A stretch of 64,000 nt of DNA from Candidatus Levyibacteriota bacterium (GCA_003152105.1 PLZJ01000002.1:108257-172256); one strand, 5' to 3'. Numbered from the stretch's first letter, positions 1-9,547 are shown. The notes: a model not told the origin generated them from the sequence alone. Numbers and translations: made by a program.

Positions 1-155
1 TGCAGCCTCGAGTTGCTTTGTGGTCTGAGTCATAACATTTTGCTTCTGCCATAAATCATAAATTGAATGCGCGAGGTCATTAATTATGAATAAACATATA
101 GCAATTGCTGTGAAATATGCAACTTTTTTAATCATAGGCAATTTAAAGCTGCTTG

Positions 156-184
156 TTGACTATTGTACGTAAAATTGATATTAT
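156..184 (+). promoter_or_regulatory. sigma70-type promoter of the Xer recombinase gene
   Basis: TTGACT (156-161), 17-nt spacer, TATTAT (179-184), 15 nt before the ATG at 200. Confidence 0.6.
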
Positions 185-199
185 AGGCTATCGAATTCT

Positions 200-1060
200 A
201 TGCAACCTATTAAATTGCGCGATGCGCACGAACAATTTAAGAATTATTTAAAAGGCAAGAATCATTCAAGTGCTACTATTGTAGCATACGGTAAAGATAT
301 TGATCAGCTTGTGGGTTATTTACAAGATCTTCAAAAAAACCAAATACATGAAGTTTCAAAAGAAGATATTGAAGGATTTTTGGCTTCAATGAGTAAACAA
401 GGCTATACGCCAAAATCAATCTCAAGAAAAATTAATTCAACTAGAACATTTTATAGATTCCTAAAAGTCAGTGAATATATTACTGACGATCCATCGTTAT
501 TAGTAGCTCACCCACGATATCAACCCGCTACTCCGCGTATTTTAACTCCTACAGAATACAGAGCACTTCGAGATGCAGCAAGAAATGATGCTCGAATGTT
601 TGCGATAATTGAATTACTATTACAAACTGGAATTCGCATTGGCGAACTTGCTGAACTCCGCATCCCTGATATCAAAAAAGATTCGCTTTATATTCGTCCA
701 TATGAAAAGCATCAAGCTCGAGAAGTTCCCCTTAATAAATCCGCCAAATCAGCACTAGATAGATATCTTTCTCAGAGACCAGAGGTCACTGAAGATCGTG
801 TTTTTGTTACTAAATCAGGAAGGCCATTTTTAATTCGCAACATACGAACTGCAGTTGAAAGATATTTCCGTCTTGCAGAAATAAAAGGTGCAAAAGTTAA
901 CGACTTACGACACACTTTTGTGGCACATCATTTAAAACATGGCGTATCATTAGTAGTACTTTCTAAAGTTCTTGGACACAAAAGATTATCTACAACAGAA
1001 AGATATCTTCAGTATGTTCCAGAACGTGGTAAAGAAACCTCTGTTCTTACGGAACTTTAA
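200..1060 (+). CDS. XerC/XerD-family tyrosine recombinase
   Basis: N-terminal SAM-like domain (SATIVAYGKD...SISRKINSTRTFYRFL), catalytic TGIR, DLRHTF and LGHKRLSTTERY motifs; 286 aa. Confidence 0.9.
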   Translation: MQPIKLRDAHEQFKNYLKGKNHSSATIVAYGKDIDQLVGYLQDLQKNQIHEVSKEDIEGFLASMSKQGYTPKSISRKINSTRTFYRFLKVSEYITDDPSLLVAHPRYQPATPRILTPTEYRALRDAARNDARMFAIIELLLQTGIRIGELAELRIPDIKKDSLYIRPYEKHQAREVPLNKSAKSALDRYLSQRPEVTEDRVFVTKSGRPFLIRNIRTAVERYFRLAEIKGAKVNDLRHTFVAHHLKHGVSLVVLSKVLGHKRLSTTERYLQYVPERGKETSVLTEL

Positions 1061-1110
1061 TTTATCCCCTTATAGCAGTATTTTTTCTATGCACTTGGTA
1101 ACGATTGGGG

Positions 1111-1182
1111 TGGGTCAGGATGGGATCGAACCATCGACATCTACTTTATAAGAGTAGCGCTCTACCACTGAGCTACTGACCC
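1111..1182 (-). tRNA. tRNA-Ile(UAU)
   Basis: Reverse complement GGGTCAGTAGCTCAGTGGTAGAGCG-CTACT-CT-TAT-AA-AGTAG-ATGTCGATGGTTCGATCCCATCCTGACCCA; full cloverleaf, anticodon TAT. Confidence 0.92.
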
Positions 1183-1263
1183 GAGGACACTATCATACCA
1201 AATACTTCTTATTTTTCCAACTTAATGAATTCATTGCGATACTTAGTAGAATAATAAATATAA

Positions 1264-3654
1264 TCAAAGCCTTGCTCTTTGAGAAATCTCTGCTTCAACT
1301 AGCTGTACGTCTTTTGCGTACTTTAGAGAAGATAATTCCTTGACCAGCTCTGCTACACGAGGATTCTTCGCAGCATTTTCTACTGTCATATCTTTTCTAA
1401 GATCTAGAGAGAAAGGACTAACAGGTTCGCCATCGACAATTGTTTTAATATATGCGTTATATTTATCTACATTAATTAAATCAACCTCATTAAAAATAGG
1501 TTGAAATTCATGCTGCAAATAATTCGCGTCAGTTACTCCAACTCGAAACGAAACAAGAGAACCTACATTACCAAAAATTGCATTCTTTACCTCTTCTTCC
1601 ATTTGGCCAATAAATTGATTTGCCACTATTAAATTTAAACGATATTTACGAGCTTCAGATAAAATTGCTGCAAAGTCGGGAGTTGCAAAGTTTTGAAATT
1701 CATCTACATACAGAAAAAAATCTTTACGTTGATCCATTGGAATATTTTGCCTAGACATTGCAGCGATTAAAATTTTTGGTACTAATATCAAGCCTAAAAA
1801 ACTTGAGTTTTCTTCACCAATAATACCTTTTGATAACGATATTAACATTATTTTCCCTTCGTCCATTATTTTTCTGAAATCAAAGGATGATTGCGATTGC
1901 CCAATAATATTTCTCATAAGCTTATTAGTTGTAAATCTTGAAAATTTAGAAACAATATAATCGAGTACTTCTGATTTATGGAAATCTGAAGTTTGTGCTA
2001 TTTGATCAGTCCAATATCGTCGTATTATAGGGTCAGTAACTTTTGGTAATAATTCTTGCACAAAGCTCATATCGGTTAATGCACGTTGCACCTCAATGAA
2101 TGTAGAGCCAGGTTCTGCCATAACCGTTAACATTGCATTACGTATTGAATGTTCTAATCGAGGTCCCACAATACCAGTCTTATGTGGATCATAGAGTTTA
2201 TAAAATAAACCTATAATTGACGATACTACGTAATGCTTCTGCTCTTCAGAATAGGCTTCCATAATATTTAAGCCCATTGGTCTTGAAGTATTTGCAGGAT
2301 CAAATAAGATAACATCTTCTGCTCGCTCAGGAGGCATCATTGATAATATATCTTCGATTAAATCTCCGTGAGGATCAATAACAGCCATGCCTTCGCCATT
2401 CTTAACATCCTGCATTATCATATCTTTCAAAAATTCTGTTTTACCCGTACCTGTTTTACCAATAATATACATATGCCTTCTTCTATCGTCTTCGCTTATA
2501 AATACTTTCTTCTCTAATCCTCTGTACGTACTCTTTCCAAGAAATAACCCTGAATCTGGAATTTTTGCTGGTGCAGGAGCTCGCTTTGACGTAACCCAAA
2601 AAATATTTGGCGTAGTTACTGATTTGTTTGGAAGATGAAATATGGTTGCTAATTCTTCACTAGAAAGTATTGGTATTCTCCCACGAAGAGGTAAATATCT
2701 ATAAATAAAATCAGTTAAAAATGGCTTTTTGAAAATCAGTCTTTCTTTCGTAAATGAATTTACGCTATCAAACTGAGAAAAAGCACTTCGCATGTTGCTC
2801 AGATGAGATTCAGCCATTTCCTGAGATGTTGATGATACAACCATACGTATAGTTGTGTGAAATCCTGATTTACTTATTTTATTTTCTACTGCCTCGAGTT
2901 CTTTAGCATCTGAGGAGTATTTCGCAGTGTCGGGATTGGATTCATTCTTCTTTGTTTTAGCAATATATGATCTCCCATGTTTTTTCCAAGAAGTAGATGC
3001 AGGAGAAATTATTATTTGTATAGCCGCACCTTCCCCTTCTGTCATTTTGGCCAGAACTGAAGTTATTGATGATAATGGATCTACAGCAAGATCCTTATAC
3101 GCTTTAATTGGCATATAATCAGTACTTGTGAGTTTTAAAGAACAGAAAGCTACCTTTCCTTTATCAGAAAATATATTGTATTCACCTCCAATGAATTTTT
3201 GCGTTTGTGGATCATCTCCTACTGGGGTAATTTCAGCATCAGGATAAGCACCGTTAATTTGCTTTTCAACTAAGTCACGGAGGTTATTTGGAGTATATAC
3301 ATAAAACCTAATATCTCCAGGGAATCCGACAATTTCAAATGAAATATGAGGCTGATTTACCAAAAAAGATAGTTTTAAAAATCTTTTTAAAGAATATCTC
3401 TTTAAGCGTTTAATGGCAGCAAGAGACGCAAACAGTTGCTCTGCGGCGTCTATTTTTATTTCGTTTTCTCGAGGTAAGGCTATTTGTAAAAGCGTTGAAT
3501 TTAACGCATCTTGCTCTCTACCTCTATTTTTTCTCCAGATATAAAAGACGTAACCACCCAAATATAAAATCCCACAAAGTACTACTACAGCCAATAATTC
3601 GACCAAAATAATATTTAGTGAACCCAACGAAAATCCCGAAGTTATGTCAATCAT
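1264..3654 (-). CDS. VirD4/TraD-like type IV secretion coupling ATPase (HerA/FtsK superfamily) with N-terminal TM
   Basis: RRRHMYIIGKTGTGKT Walker A, VIDPHGD, FLYVDEFQNF Walker B, EARKYRLNLIVANQ. Confidence 0.85.
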   Translation of the reverse strand: MIDITSGFSLGSLNIILVELLAVVVLCGILYLGGYVFYIWRKNRGREQDALNSTLLQIALPRENEIKIDAAEQLFASLAAIKRLKRYSLKRFLKLSFLVNQPHISFEIVGFPGDIRFYVYTPNNLRDLVEKQINGAYPDAEITPVGDDPQTQKFIGGEYNIFSDKGKVAFCSLKLTSTDYMPIKAYKDLAVDPLSSITSVLAKMTEGEGAAIQIIISPASTSWKKHGRSYIAKTKKNESNPDTAKYSSDAKELEAVENKISKSGFHTTIRMVVSSTSQEMAESHLSNMRSAFSQFDSVNSFTKERLIFKKPFLTDFIYRYLPLRGRIPILSSEELATIFHLPNKSVTTPNIFWVTSKRAPAPAKIPDSGLFLGKSTYRGLEKKVFISEDDRRRHMYIIGKTGTGKTEFLKDMIMQDVKNGEGMAVIDPHGDLIEDILSMMPPERAEDVILFDPANTSRPMGLNIMEAYSEEQKHYVVSSIIGLFYKLYDPHKTGIVGPRLEHSIRNAMLTVMAEPGSTFIEVQRALTDMSFVQELLPKVTDPIIRRYWTDQIAQTSDFHKSEVLDYIVSKFSRFTTNKLMRNIIGQSQSSFDFRKIMDEGKIMLISLSKGIIGEENSSFLGLILVPKILIAAMSRQNIPMDQRKDFFLYVDEFQNFATPDFAAILSEARKYRLNLIVANQFIGQMEEEVKNAIFGNVGSLVSFRVGVTDANYLQHEFQPIFNEVDLINVDKYNAYIKTIVDGEPVSPFSLDLRKDMTVENAAKNPRVAELVKELSSLKYAKDVQLVEAEISQRARL

Positions 3655-4078
3655 AATTAGTTAGCTCCTTTCTATTTCTTTTTTTAATTAATTTTATGAG
3701 TATTGAAGCAATCCAAAATATTGAATCAGATGTATTATTGTCGTGTATAGCTTGAGTTGCCTGTGCTGATGTTAAGGGAAGTGTAATTTCTTGGGCAGGT
3801 TCTTGTCCAGCTGGAATTGCCTCACCCTGCAATGCAACGCCGCTATGTCGTACCACTTGAGGAAGAGTTGGAGGCTTATTTACTTCAACGCCTGCCTCTT
3901 TTACTTCTTGAGGCAACCGAGGCTCAACTTCGCTTGGATGCACATACTCTACTTTTGTTTCCTCAGTTCGAATAGGAGCATGCTCCTTATGTCCTCCACT
4001 TATTGGCTGTTGAGGGATTTGTGGCTGTATAGTTTGAGCATTTTGATCATTTATAGGTTTTTTATTCTGATCGTCCAT
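3647..4078 (-). CDS. hypothetical Pro/Gln-rich protein
   Basis: 143-aa ORF overlapping the start of the VirD4-like gene; extended -10 (TGgTATGAT) 6 nt before the ATG. Confidence 0.7.
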   Translation of the reverse strand: MDDQNKKPINDQNAQTIQPQIPQQPISGGHKEHAPIRTEETKVEYVHPSEVEPRLPQEVKEAGVEVNKPPTLPQVVRHSGVALQGEAIPAGQEPAQEITLPLTSAQATQAIHDNNTSDSIFWIASILIKLIKKRNRKELTNYD

Positions 4079-4156
4079 AGTGTAATCATACCAAATACAC
4101 CTGCCTCACACAATGAAAATTAGCTTACATAAACCTAACAAAATAAGTTTTGTGTT

Positions 4157-4330
4157 TCACAAAGCATCTTGTATATTAGAACTTTTGTTTGGTATCCAAC
4201 CACATATCGGACAACTCGAAAGTAATCCTTTTTGTATTTTATTTACATCTTCTTGATTAGCAATCCAATTACAACGAGCACATTTAATTTCGTAACATAT
4301 GTCACATTTTTTTTGAGTTATTTGATTCAT
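4157..4330 (-). CDS. small 57-aa zinc-ribbon-like protein (three CxxC), absent from the ORF track
   Basis: MNQITQKKCDICYEIKCARCNWIANQEDVNKIQKGLLSSCPICGWIPNKSSNIQDAL; start overlaps the upstream stop (TAATG). Confidence 0.75.
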   Translation of the reverse strand: MNQITQKKCDICYEIKCARCNWIANQEDVNKIQKGLLSSCPICGWIPNKSSNIQDAL

Positions 4331-5571
4331 TATGTTTTACCGCAAGCAATATTTGTTTTACCGCAATGCTGACATTCCTTAACATAACCTCCAAGTGGTC
4401 GCTCATTTTCCTTATTGCAATCGGGGCATTTTGGATACAACGTTCCTTTACCATCTGGGCCTTCTTCGGTTAACAATGAGAATGATGCACTAAGCATAGT
4501 AATTCTTTGTTGTAGTGATCCAGGATTTGCAAGCATAGTTCGAACTGCAATAGAAAACATAGCAATAGGATTATTTGCTACATCTTCACCTGATAATCCA
4601 CAGGTCGTAGCAACATTTTTTATTTCATGATCATAACTACTATATCTTGCAAAAACCGATTTATCTTTATCTGCTTTTTCCGAAGTTGAATATCTCCATT
4701 CATCCTTTGTGTTGAAATCTGCACCACTGGATAAATCATATAAACTTCTTTGTGCAAAATTATATAATATCCTCAGTTCTGATTTAAAATCTTCCTCATT
4801 TTCCCCTTGCATAATTCTAGTACTTATTGTGTCTATCATTTCTGTTAGATCTTTATGTGCACTATGCCAGATCGTTTCTCCGTGCAGCATAAAATCCTGC
4901 ATCACCATGGGTGCATAGAGAGGAAAGTTTCTTAATCTTTTTTGATAAACTCTTTCAAGTTGTTTATATATGTGCTCAAAACTATTAGCATCAGAACTAC
5001 CATTTGGATTAAGTAATATTGATTCTTCAGTTGCATCAACTACATTGCTTCCTGAAATACCATTTAAAAAGTCAGCTTGCTCTTCCTTGCTAAACTCATT
5101 TATGTACGACAACGCTTTTATTGTTCGTTCTCCAGGCCTCTCAGATGGCGTAATATGATAAAAGTACATTAGGTTATATCCTGGATATCCAGGGATTTCT
5201 TTATCTGGAGCAGGTGAACAAAGCACTACCGTTGAGTACAAAGGCAAGCTTTTCAATTGCTCTTTAACTAAAGAGTATCCTCTATTTTCAAGCGTATAAC
5301 GCTGTGCTATCGTATCACCATATTGTTCTTTTGCTTTTCCCACAGAAAGTGCATATGAGTTATCAAGATCACCACGATGCTCAAATCCATTTGCAGTTAC
5401 TGAGCCATTTGCTAAATGGTGTAATTCAAATGAATTCCATGATCTTTCTCGTTCAGTAAGAGCAGCTCGTAGTTGAGCACGAAGTGAAGGCAATACATTT
5501 TCCGCATTTTTTATACGTTCTTGCTCATCGTTAAAATTAAATGCGCTCCTTGTTTCTAATGTATTATTCAT
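4330..5571 (-). CDS. hypothetical protein with C-terminal zinc ribbon (CPDC...CQHC)
   Basis: 413-aa ORF; AGGAG 8 nt upstream of the ATG, within a hairpin. Confidence 0.8.
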   Translation of the reverse strand: MNNTLETRSAFNFNDEQERIKNAENVLPSLRAQLRAALTERERSWNSFELHHLANGSVTANGFEHRGDLDNSYALSVGKAKEQYGDTIAQRYTLENRGYSLVKEQLKSLPLYSTVVLCSPAPDKEIPGYPGYNLMYFYHITPSERPGERTIKALSYINEFSKEEQADFLNGISGSNVVDATEESILLNPNGSSDANSFEHIYKQLERVYQKRLRNFPLYAPMVMQDFMLHGETIWHSAHKDLTEMIDTISTRIMQGENEEDFKSELRILYNFAQRSLYDLSSGADFNTKDEWRYSTSEKADKDKSVFARYSSYDHEIKNVATTCGLSGEDVANNPIAMFSIAVRTMLANPGSLQQRITMLSASFSLLTEEGPDGKGTLYPKCPDCNKENERPLGGYVKECQHCGKTNIACGKT

Positions 5572-5696
5572 AAAAAAAGCTCCTTTTCCGAGGAGCTATT
5601 ATGCATCTGCTCGGATGTCCGTAAATACGGACCTCGGGGATCGGACTGTAACCGTTACGGCATAGTTGCGAAATCTCATCGCATTCACCCGCGAAA
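5572..5696 (-). promoter_or_regulatory. cobalamin riboswitch (compact, class II-like) with terminator/SD-sequestering hairpin
   Basis: GGGTGAA-TGCGA-TGAGATT-TCGCA-ACTATGCCGTAACGGTTACAGTCCGAT resembles the B12 core; downstream AGCTCCT-CGGAAA-AGGAGCT-T6; lies just downstream of pduO. Confidence 0.72.
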
Positions 5697-5697
5697 T

Positions 5698-6249
5698 TTA
5701 CTTTACTAATTCTGATTTACTTTGAATCCAATTTGTTTCTTTTTTATTGTTTAGCATATTTGCATATCTTGCCATTGTAAAAAAAACGTCTGAAAGCCTG
5801 TTAAAATACATTAAGAGATTCTCGTCAATCCTATCTGCTTCATATAATGCAACTACTAAGCGCTCTACGCGCCTACAAACTGTACGAATATAATGTAGAT
5901 TAGCCCCACTTCTTCCACCTCCAGGTAATATAAAATTTTGTAAGAGAGGTAGCTTCTTTGTAAGCCTATCTATGTATTGTTCTAAAAATAATAAACGATT
6001 ATCAATTCCCTTTAACGGTTCTGCATTAGGATTTGCAAGTTGAGCGCCTATTGCAAGTAAATCATATTGTATTTTTAGTAATTCCTTTTTCAAAAGACTA
6101 TCTTTAATATCAACTAAAGCAACACCTAAAAGACTATTCAATTCATCAACGCTCCCATACGCATCTACTCGCTTATTTGATTTTGACACTCTCTTTCCAC
6201 CAAATAATGATGTTTTACCCTTATCGCCAGTTTTTGTATATATTTTCAT
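5698..6249 (-). CDS. pduO: PduO-type ATP:cob(I)alamin adenosyltransferase
   Basis: MKIYTKTGDKGKTSLFGGKRVSK, AYGSVDELNS, FILPGG, RTVCRRVER, NRLSD signatures. Confidence 0.93.
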   Translation of the reverse strand: MKIYTKTGDKGKTSLFGGKRVSKSNKRVDAYGSVDELNSLLGVALVDIKDSLLKKELLKIQYDLLAIGAQLANPNAEPLKGIDNRLLFLEQYIDRLTKKLPLLQNFILPGGGRSGANLHYIRTVCRRVERLVVALYEADRIDENLLMYFNRLSDVFFTMARYANMLNNKKETNWIQSKSELVK

Positions 6250-6288
6250 AGTAATGTTAAAGCGGACTTTTTAAGTTGTTTTTTTCAT

Positions 6289-6442
6289 AAAAAAATCCCT
6301 CTTTGCCCAAGAAGGATTCATTAACAATATCACAATTCCTGCTCGGGAAACGTAAAGGAAGTTTTCTGGCTGTACAGTTACGGCATAGCCACGGAATTGT
6401 GATAATTACATTCACTTCACCGTGATTTCCTTACCCTTTACG
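6289..6442 (-). promoter_or_regulatory. cobalamin riboswitch with intrinsic terminator upstream of pduO
   Basis: Closing stem CGTAAAGG/CCTTTACG; GGAAA-TCACGGTGAA...AATTCCGTGG-CTATGCCGTAACTGTACAGCCAGA core; hairpin AATCCTTCTT-GGGCA-AAGAGGGATT followed by a T-tract. Confidence 0.82.
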
Positions 6443-6473
6443 ACAAATTCAATATAACTTTAGTGTAACTTAG

Positions 6474-8933
6474 CTAGCACTCTGAGTATCCACACCCATA
6501 GCACTTTTTACACCCCTCTTCATACGCTAACGTAGACGATCCGCAATCAGGACAAATATCAAATAATCCCGTTGATGATGCAGCATATAATTCTTCGGTT
6601 TGAGGAAGCATTGCAAGTTGTCCTTTGACTACAACCTCTGTGTTTACAGGTAAAGCATGCCCATTTGCTATTTCTGAACTTACCCCGTTACTTTGAGAAC
6701 TTATAGTTGATTCAGTAACTGTACCAAGGGGTGCTGACATAACTTCTGAAATTATTTCTTTATCTTCAACTTTTCCATTTACCCTAAACTCCATGTGTTT
6801 CGCAAGCACTTTCGCAATCGCATCAGGCAATGAACGCACTCTGTTTTCTCCAAATCCGACACTTCTTGCGCCCCCTATTCCAGATAGCTCTGATACAATC
6901 TCTCTGATACGTTCTCTTTGTGGCACTGGTGAGTGTATTCGAAGAACAAATGATATCATTCTTCCTAATGCATCTGACATTGCCATCAAATCTGAACCTG
7001 ATTTTCCATTATTAATAAACACTTCAAATGGCTGCCCTTTTTCATCATTATTAATATTTACATATGCTTTTCCAGTTGGACTTTCTGTTTTATACGTAGT
7101 TCCATGTAAAACAAGTGGTCGAGAAACACGAGCTGTTGCAGGGATAATAGGCGCAACTACTTCTTCTTTCTTCTCTTCAACTCGTTGCAAAACCCCAAGT
7201 CGTGAACCGTCACGCATATAGGTAATCCCTTTGCATCCCGTATCGTACGCTAACATGTATAATCTTTTTACATCTTCAACTGTATGAGCGTTAGGAGCAT
7301 TTACTGTTTTAGAGATTGAAGCATCAACATATTTTTGTACCGTAGCTTGCATTTTTACATGATCTTCGGGAGTTAAATCATTTGCGGATACAAAATAATC
7401 TGGCCTCTTTTCGGTCGGATGTTTTTCTTTCCATTCACCAAAAAGCTTATGGAATACAACTTGTTTTCCGAGTCTACCATTATGGGTATATTCGAATTCA
7501 TAAACTGGTTCTACTCCTGAAGAGGCTCCTGAAAGCAAACTAGTTGTTCCAGTAGGTGCTGCTTGTAGAATCATGGAATTTCTAATTCCGTTATCTTTAA
7601 TCTTTTCTTTAATTTCTTTTGGAAGTTGCTTTACAAAATATGCTTTCAAATGCTTATCTGGTTCACATTTTGGAAACATCCCCTTTTCTTTGGCAATGTC
7701 AGCTGATGCTTCATAAGCAGCATCTCTTATTGTCTTATATATCCTGTCTACTACTTTTTGAGATTCATCACTGCCATATCTTAGATGCAATTTAATTAAT
7801 GCATCAGCTAAGCCTAATGTTCCAAGTCCTATTCTTCTTTCTCCTTGATGCTGCATTTGTTCTATTTCTTCATAAATATACTGATCCGCATCAACTACAT
7901 TATCTTGAAATCGAACTGCGATTTTTGCATGATCTGCTAATGATTCGAAGTCAAACCATCCTGCCTTATCAGTTTCCGCATCTTTTACAAATGCTGATAA
8001 ATTTAAGGAAGCCAAATTACATACTCCCCAAGCAGGTAATCCCTCTTCTCCACAAGGATTTACACAATTAATCGTATTCCAATACCAATTGTTATACCAT
8101 TTATTGTATCTTTCCATAAATACTAAGCCAGGCTCAGCACTTTTCCATGCAGCTTCACAAATTTTTTGCCAAATATCTCGAGCCTTTACCGTTTTATAAA
8201 CTTTTACTTTTTTACCTAGTTTTTTCCAGTGATCCATGATGCCGTCCCATTTTTCATCATATTCTGGGTCGTCGAGATCAGGAAATACCAAATCCCAATC
8301 AGCATCCATTTTTACTGCTTCCATAAATGTATCTGAAACACAAACAGATAAATTAGCACCATTTATTCTTGATAAATCTTCTTTAACAGTAATAAATTCC
8401 TCTATATCTGGGTGCCAATCCCAAAGCATTAACATCAGCGCACCTCTTCTTGAACCTCCTTGTTGGATAATGTCATGCGTTGCGAGTGAGTACATTTCTG
8501 CCCAATTAATAGGTCCCGAAGAAAATCCATTTACTTTTTTTACTCTAGCTCCCCTTGGTCTTAGTGAAGAAATATTAATTCCTACACCTCCGCCTCTTGC
8601 CATAATTTCAATCATATTAGTGAGATTTGTCATAATCCCATCTCGTGAATCTTTTGGAGAAGGCAACACAAAGCAATTATAGAAAGTAACAGCATATCCA
8701 GTTCCTGCCCCAGCCAATACTCTTCCTCCTGGTACAAACTTGAAATCTTCCATTGCTTTATAAAATTTATCAGCCCATTCTTTTTGTTTTTTTGGGGTTT
8801 TTTCAACACTTGCAATAGCGTCTCCGACGCGTTTCCACATTTCTTCCGGGGTTTTTTCAACAGGATCACCGTTTTTATCTTTTACAGAATATCTATCTAA
8901 AAATACTTTTTCTCTTACACCATCAAGTTTCAT
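6474..8933 (-). CDS. nrdJ: class II (adenosylcobalamin-dependent) ribonucleotide reductase with C-terminal TSCPD/Zn-finger domain
   Basis: TFYNCFV, GGSRRGA, NPCGEEGL, APTGTTS, SISKTVN motifs; C-terminal CPDC...CYGCGYSEC; adjacent to pduO and nrdR. Confidence 0.92.
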   Translation of the reverse strand: MKLDGVREKVFLDRYSVKDKNGDPVEKTPEEMWKRVGDAIASVEKTPKKQKEWADKFYKAMEDFKFVPGGRVLAGAGTGYAVTFYNCFVLPSPKDSRDGIMTNLTNMIEIMARGGGVGINISSLRPRGARVKKVNGFSSGPINWAEMYSLATHDIIQQGGSRRGALMLMLWDWHPDIEEFITVKEDLSRINGANLSVCVSDTFMEAVKMDADWDLVFPDLDDPEYDEKWDGIMDHWKKLGKKVKVYKTVKARDIWQKICEAAWKSAEPGLVFMERYNKWYNNWYWNTINCVNPCGEEGLPAWGVCNLASLNLSAFVKDAETDKAGWFDFESLADHAKIAVRFQDNVVDADQYIYEEIEQMQHQGERRIGLGTLGLADALIKLHLRYGSDESQKVVDRIYKTIRDAAYEASADIAKEKGMFPKCEPDKHLKAYFVKQLPKEIKEKIKDNGIRNSMILQAAPTGTTSLLSGASSGVEPVYEFEYTHNGRLGKQVVFHKLFGEWKEKHPTEKRPDYFVSANDLTPEDHVKMQATVQKYVDASISKTVNAPNAHTVEDVKRLYMLAYDTGCKGITYMRDGSRLGVLQRVEEKKEEVVAPIIPATARVSRPLVLHGTTYKTESPTGKAYVNINNDEKGQPFEVFINNGKSGSDLMAMSDALGRMISFVLRIHSPVPQRERIREIVSELSGIGGARSVGFGENRVRSLPDAIAKVLAKHMEFRVNGKVEDKEIISEVMSAPLGTVTESTISSQSNGVSSEIANGHALPVNTEVVVKGQLAMLPQTEELYAASSTGLFDICPDCGSSTLAYEEGCKKCYGCGYSEC

Positions 8934-8952
8934 AGGCAATTATTATTTATTA

Positions 8953-9402
8953 TTAACCAATTAAGCGTTTTACTTCTTTTTCGAAATCTTCAACATCTAC
9001 AAAGCGTTTAAATACACTTGAGAACCGAATATATGCCACTTTATCTATTGTTTTTAAATTTGCTGCTATCATGCTTCCTATCTTACTGCTTTCAATTTCA
9101 CTTGCTTCTGTGGTCCTTAGTTCTCGTTCTATATCATGCACAATCTTATCTATTGCTTCTAAGCTTACTGTTGTTTTTTCGCATGCGCGAAGAATTCCGT
9201 TTTTTAATTTATCTCTACTAAACTGTTCCCGAGTCTTATCTTTTTTTATTACATACAAGTTGATATTTTCAACTCTTTCGTATGTAGTAAATCGTTTTGA
9301 GCAAGTAACACAGGCTCGTCTTCTACGAATCGTTCCTAGGTCATCACTGTCTCTTGTCTCTACAACTTCTGTTTGTCTACCTCCGCAATATGGACATCTC
9401 AT
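8953..9402 (-). CDS. nrdR: transcriptional repressor NrdR
   Basis: MRCPYCG...IRRRRAC..C.KRFTTYE zinc ribbon, ATP cone, DKVAYIRFSSV. Confidence 0.96.
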   Translation of the reverse strand: MRCPYCGGRQTEVVETRDSDDLGTIRRRRACVTCSKRFTTYERVENINLYVIKKDKTREQFSRDKLKNGILRACEKTTVSLEAIDKIVHDIERELRTTEASEIESSKIGSMIAANLKTIDKVAYIRFSSVFKRFVDVEDFEKEVKRLIG

Positions 9403-9404
9403 AC

Positions 9405-9485
9405 CTGCTATATATAGTGCTCTCTATCATAATATTGCACTACATATAAGGTGTCAACTAGAAATATCTATATCATATATAGTCA
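9405..9485. promoter_or_regulatory. tandem NrdR boxes
   Basis: ctgCtAtATaTaGtgc (9405-9420), gcaCtAcATaTaAggt (9437-9452, +32 bp) and a weaker third copy at 9470-9485; match acaCwAtATaTwGtg. Confidence 0.75.
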
Positions 9486-9547
9486 CTAGCTTTGGGGCAT
9501 TATTTTTTCGCTAGCTTACTCACTTAATGGAAACAAAAACTGAACAA

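Noticed and set aside
1-52. Start of a minus-strand gene running off the window
   Set aside because: Two possible ATGs (33 and 52) in different frames and too little sequence to call.
200-1182. Tyrosine recombinase next to a tRNA as a prophage or island integrase
   Set aside because: Short Xer-like protein without an arm-binding domain, no att duplication or phage genes seen; more likely housekeeping, though sequence left of the window is unseen.
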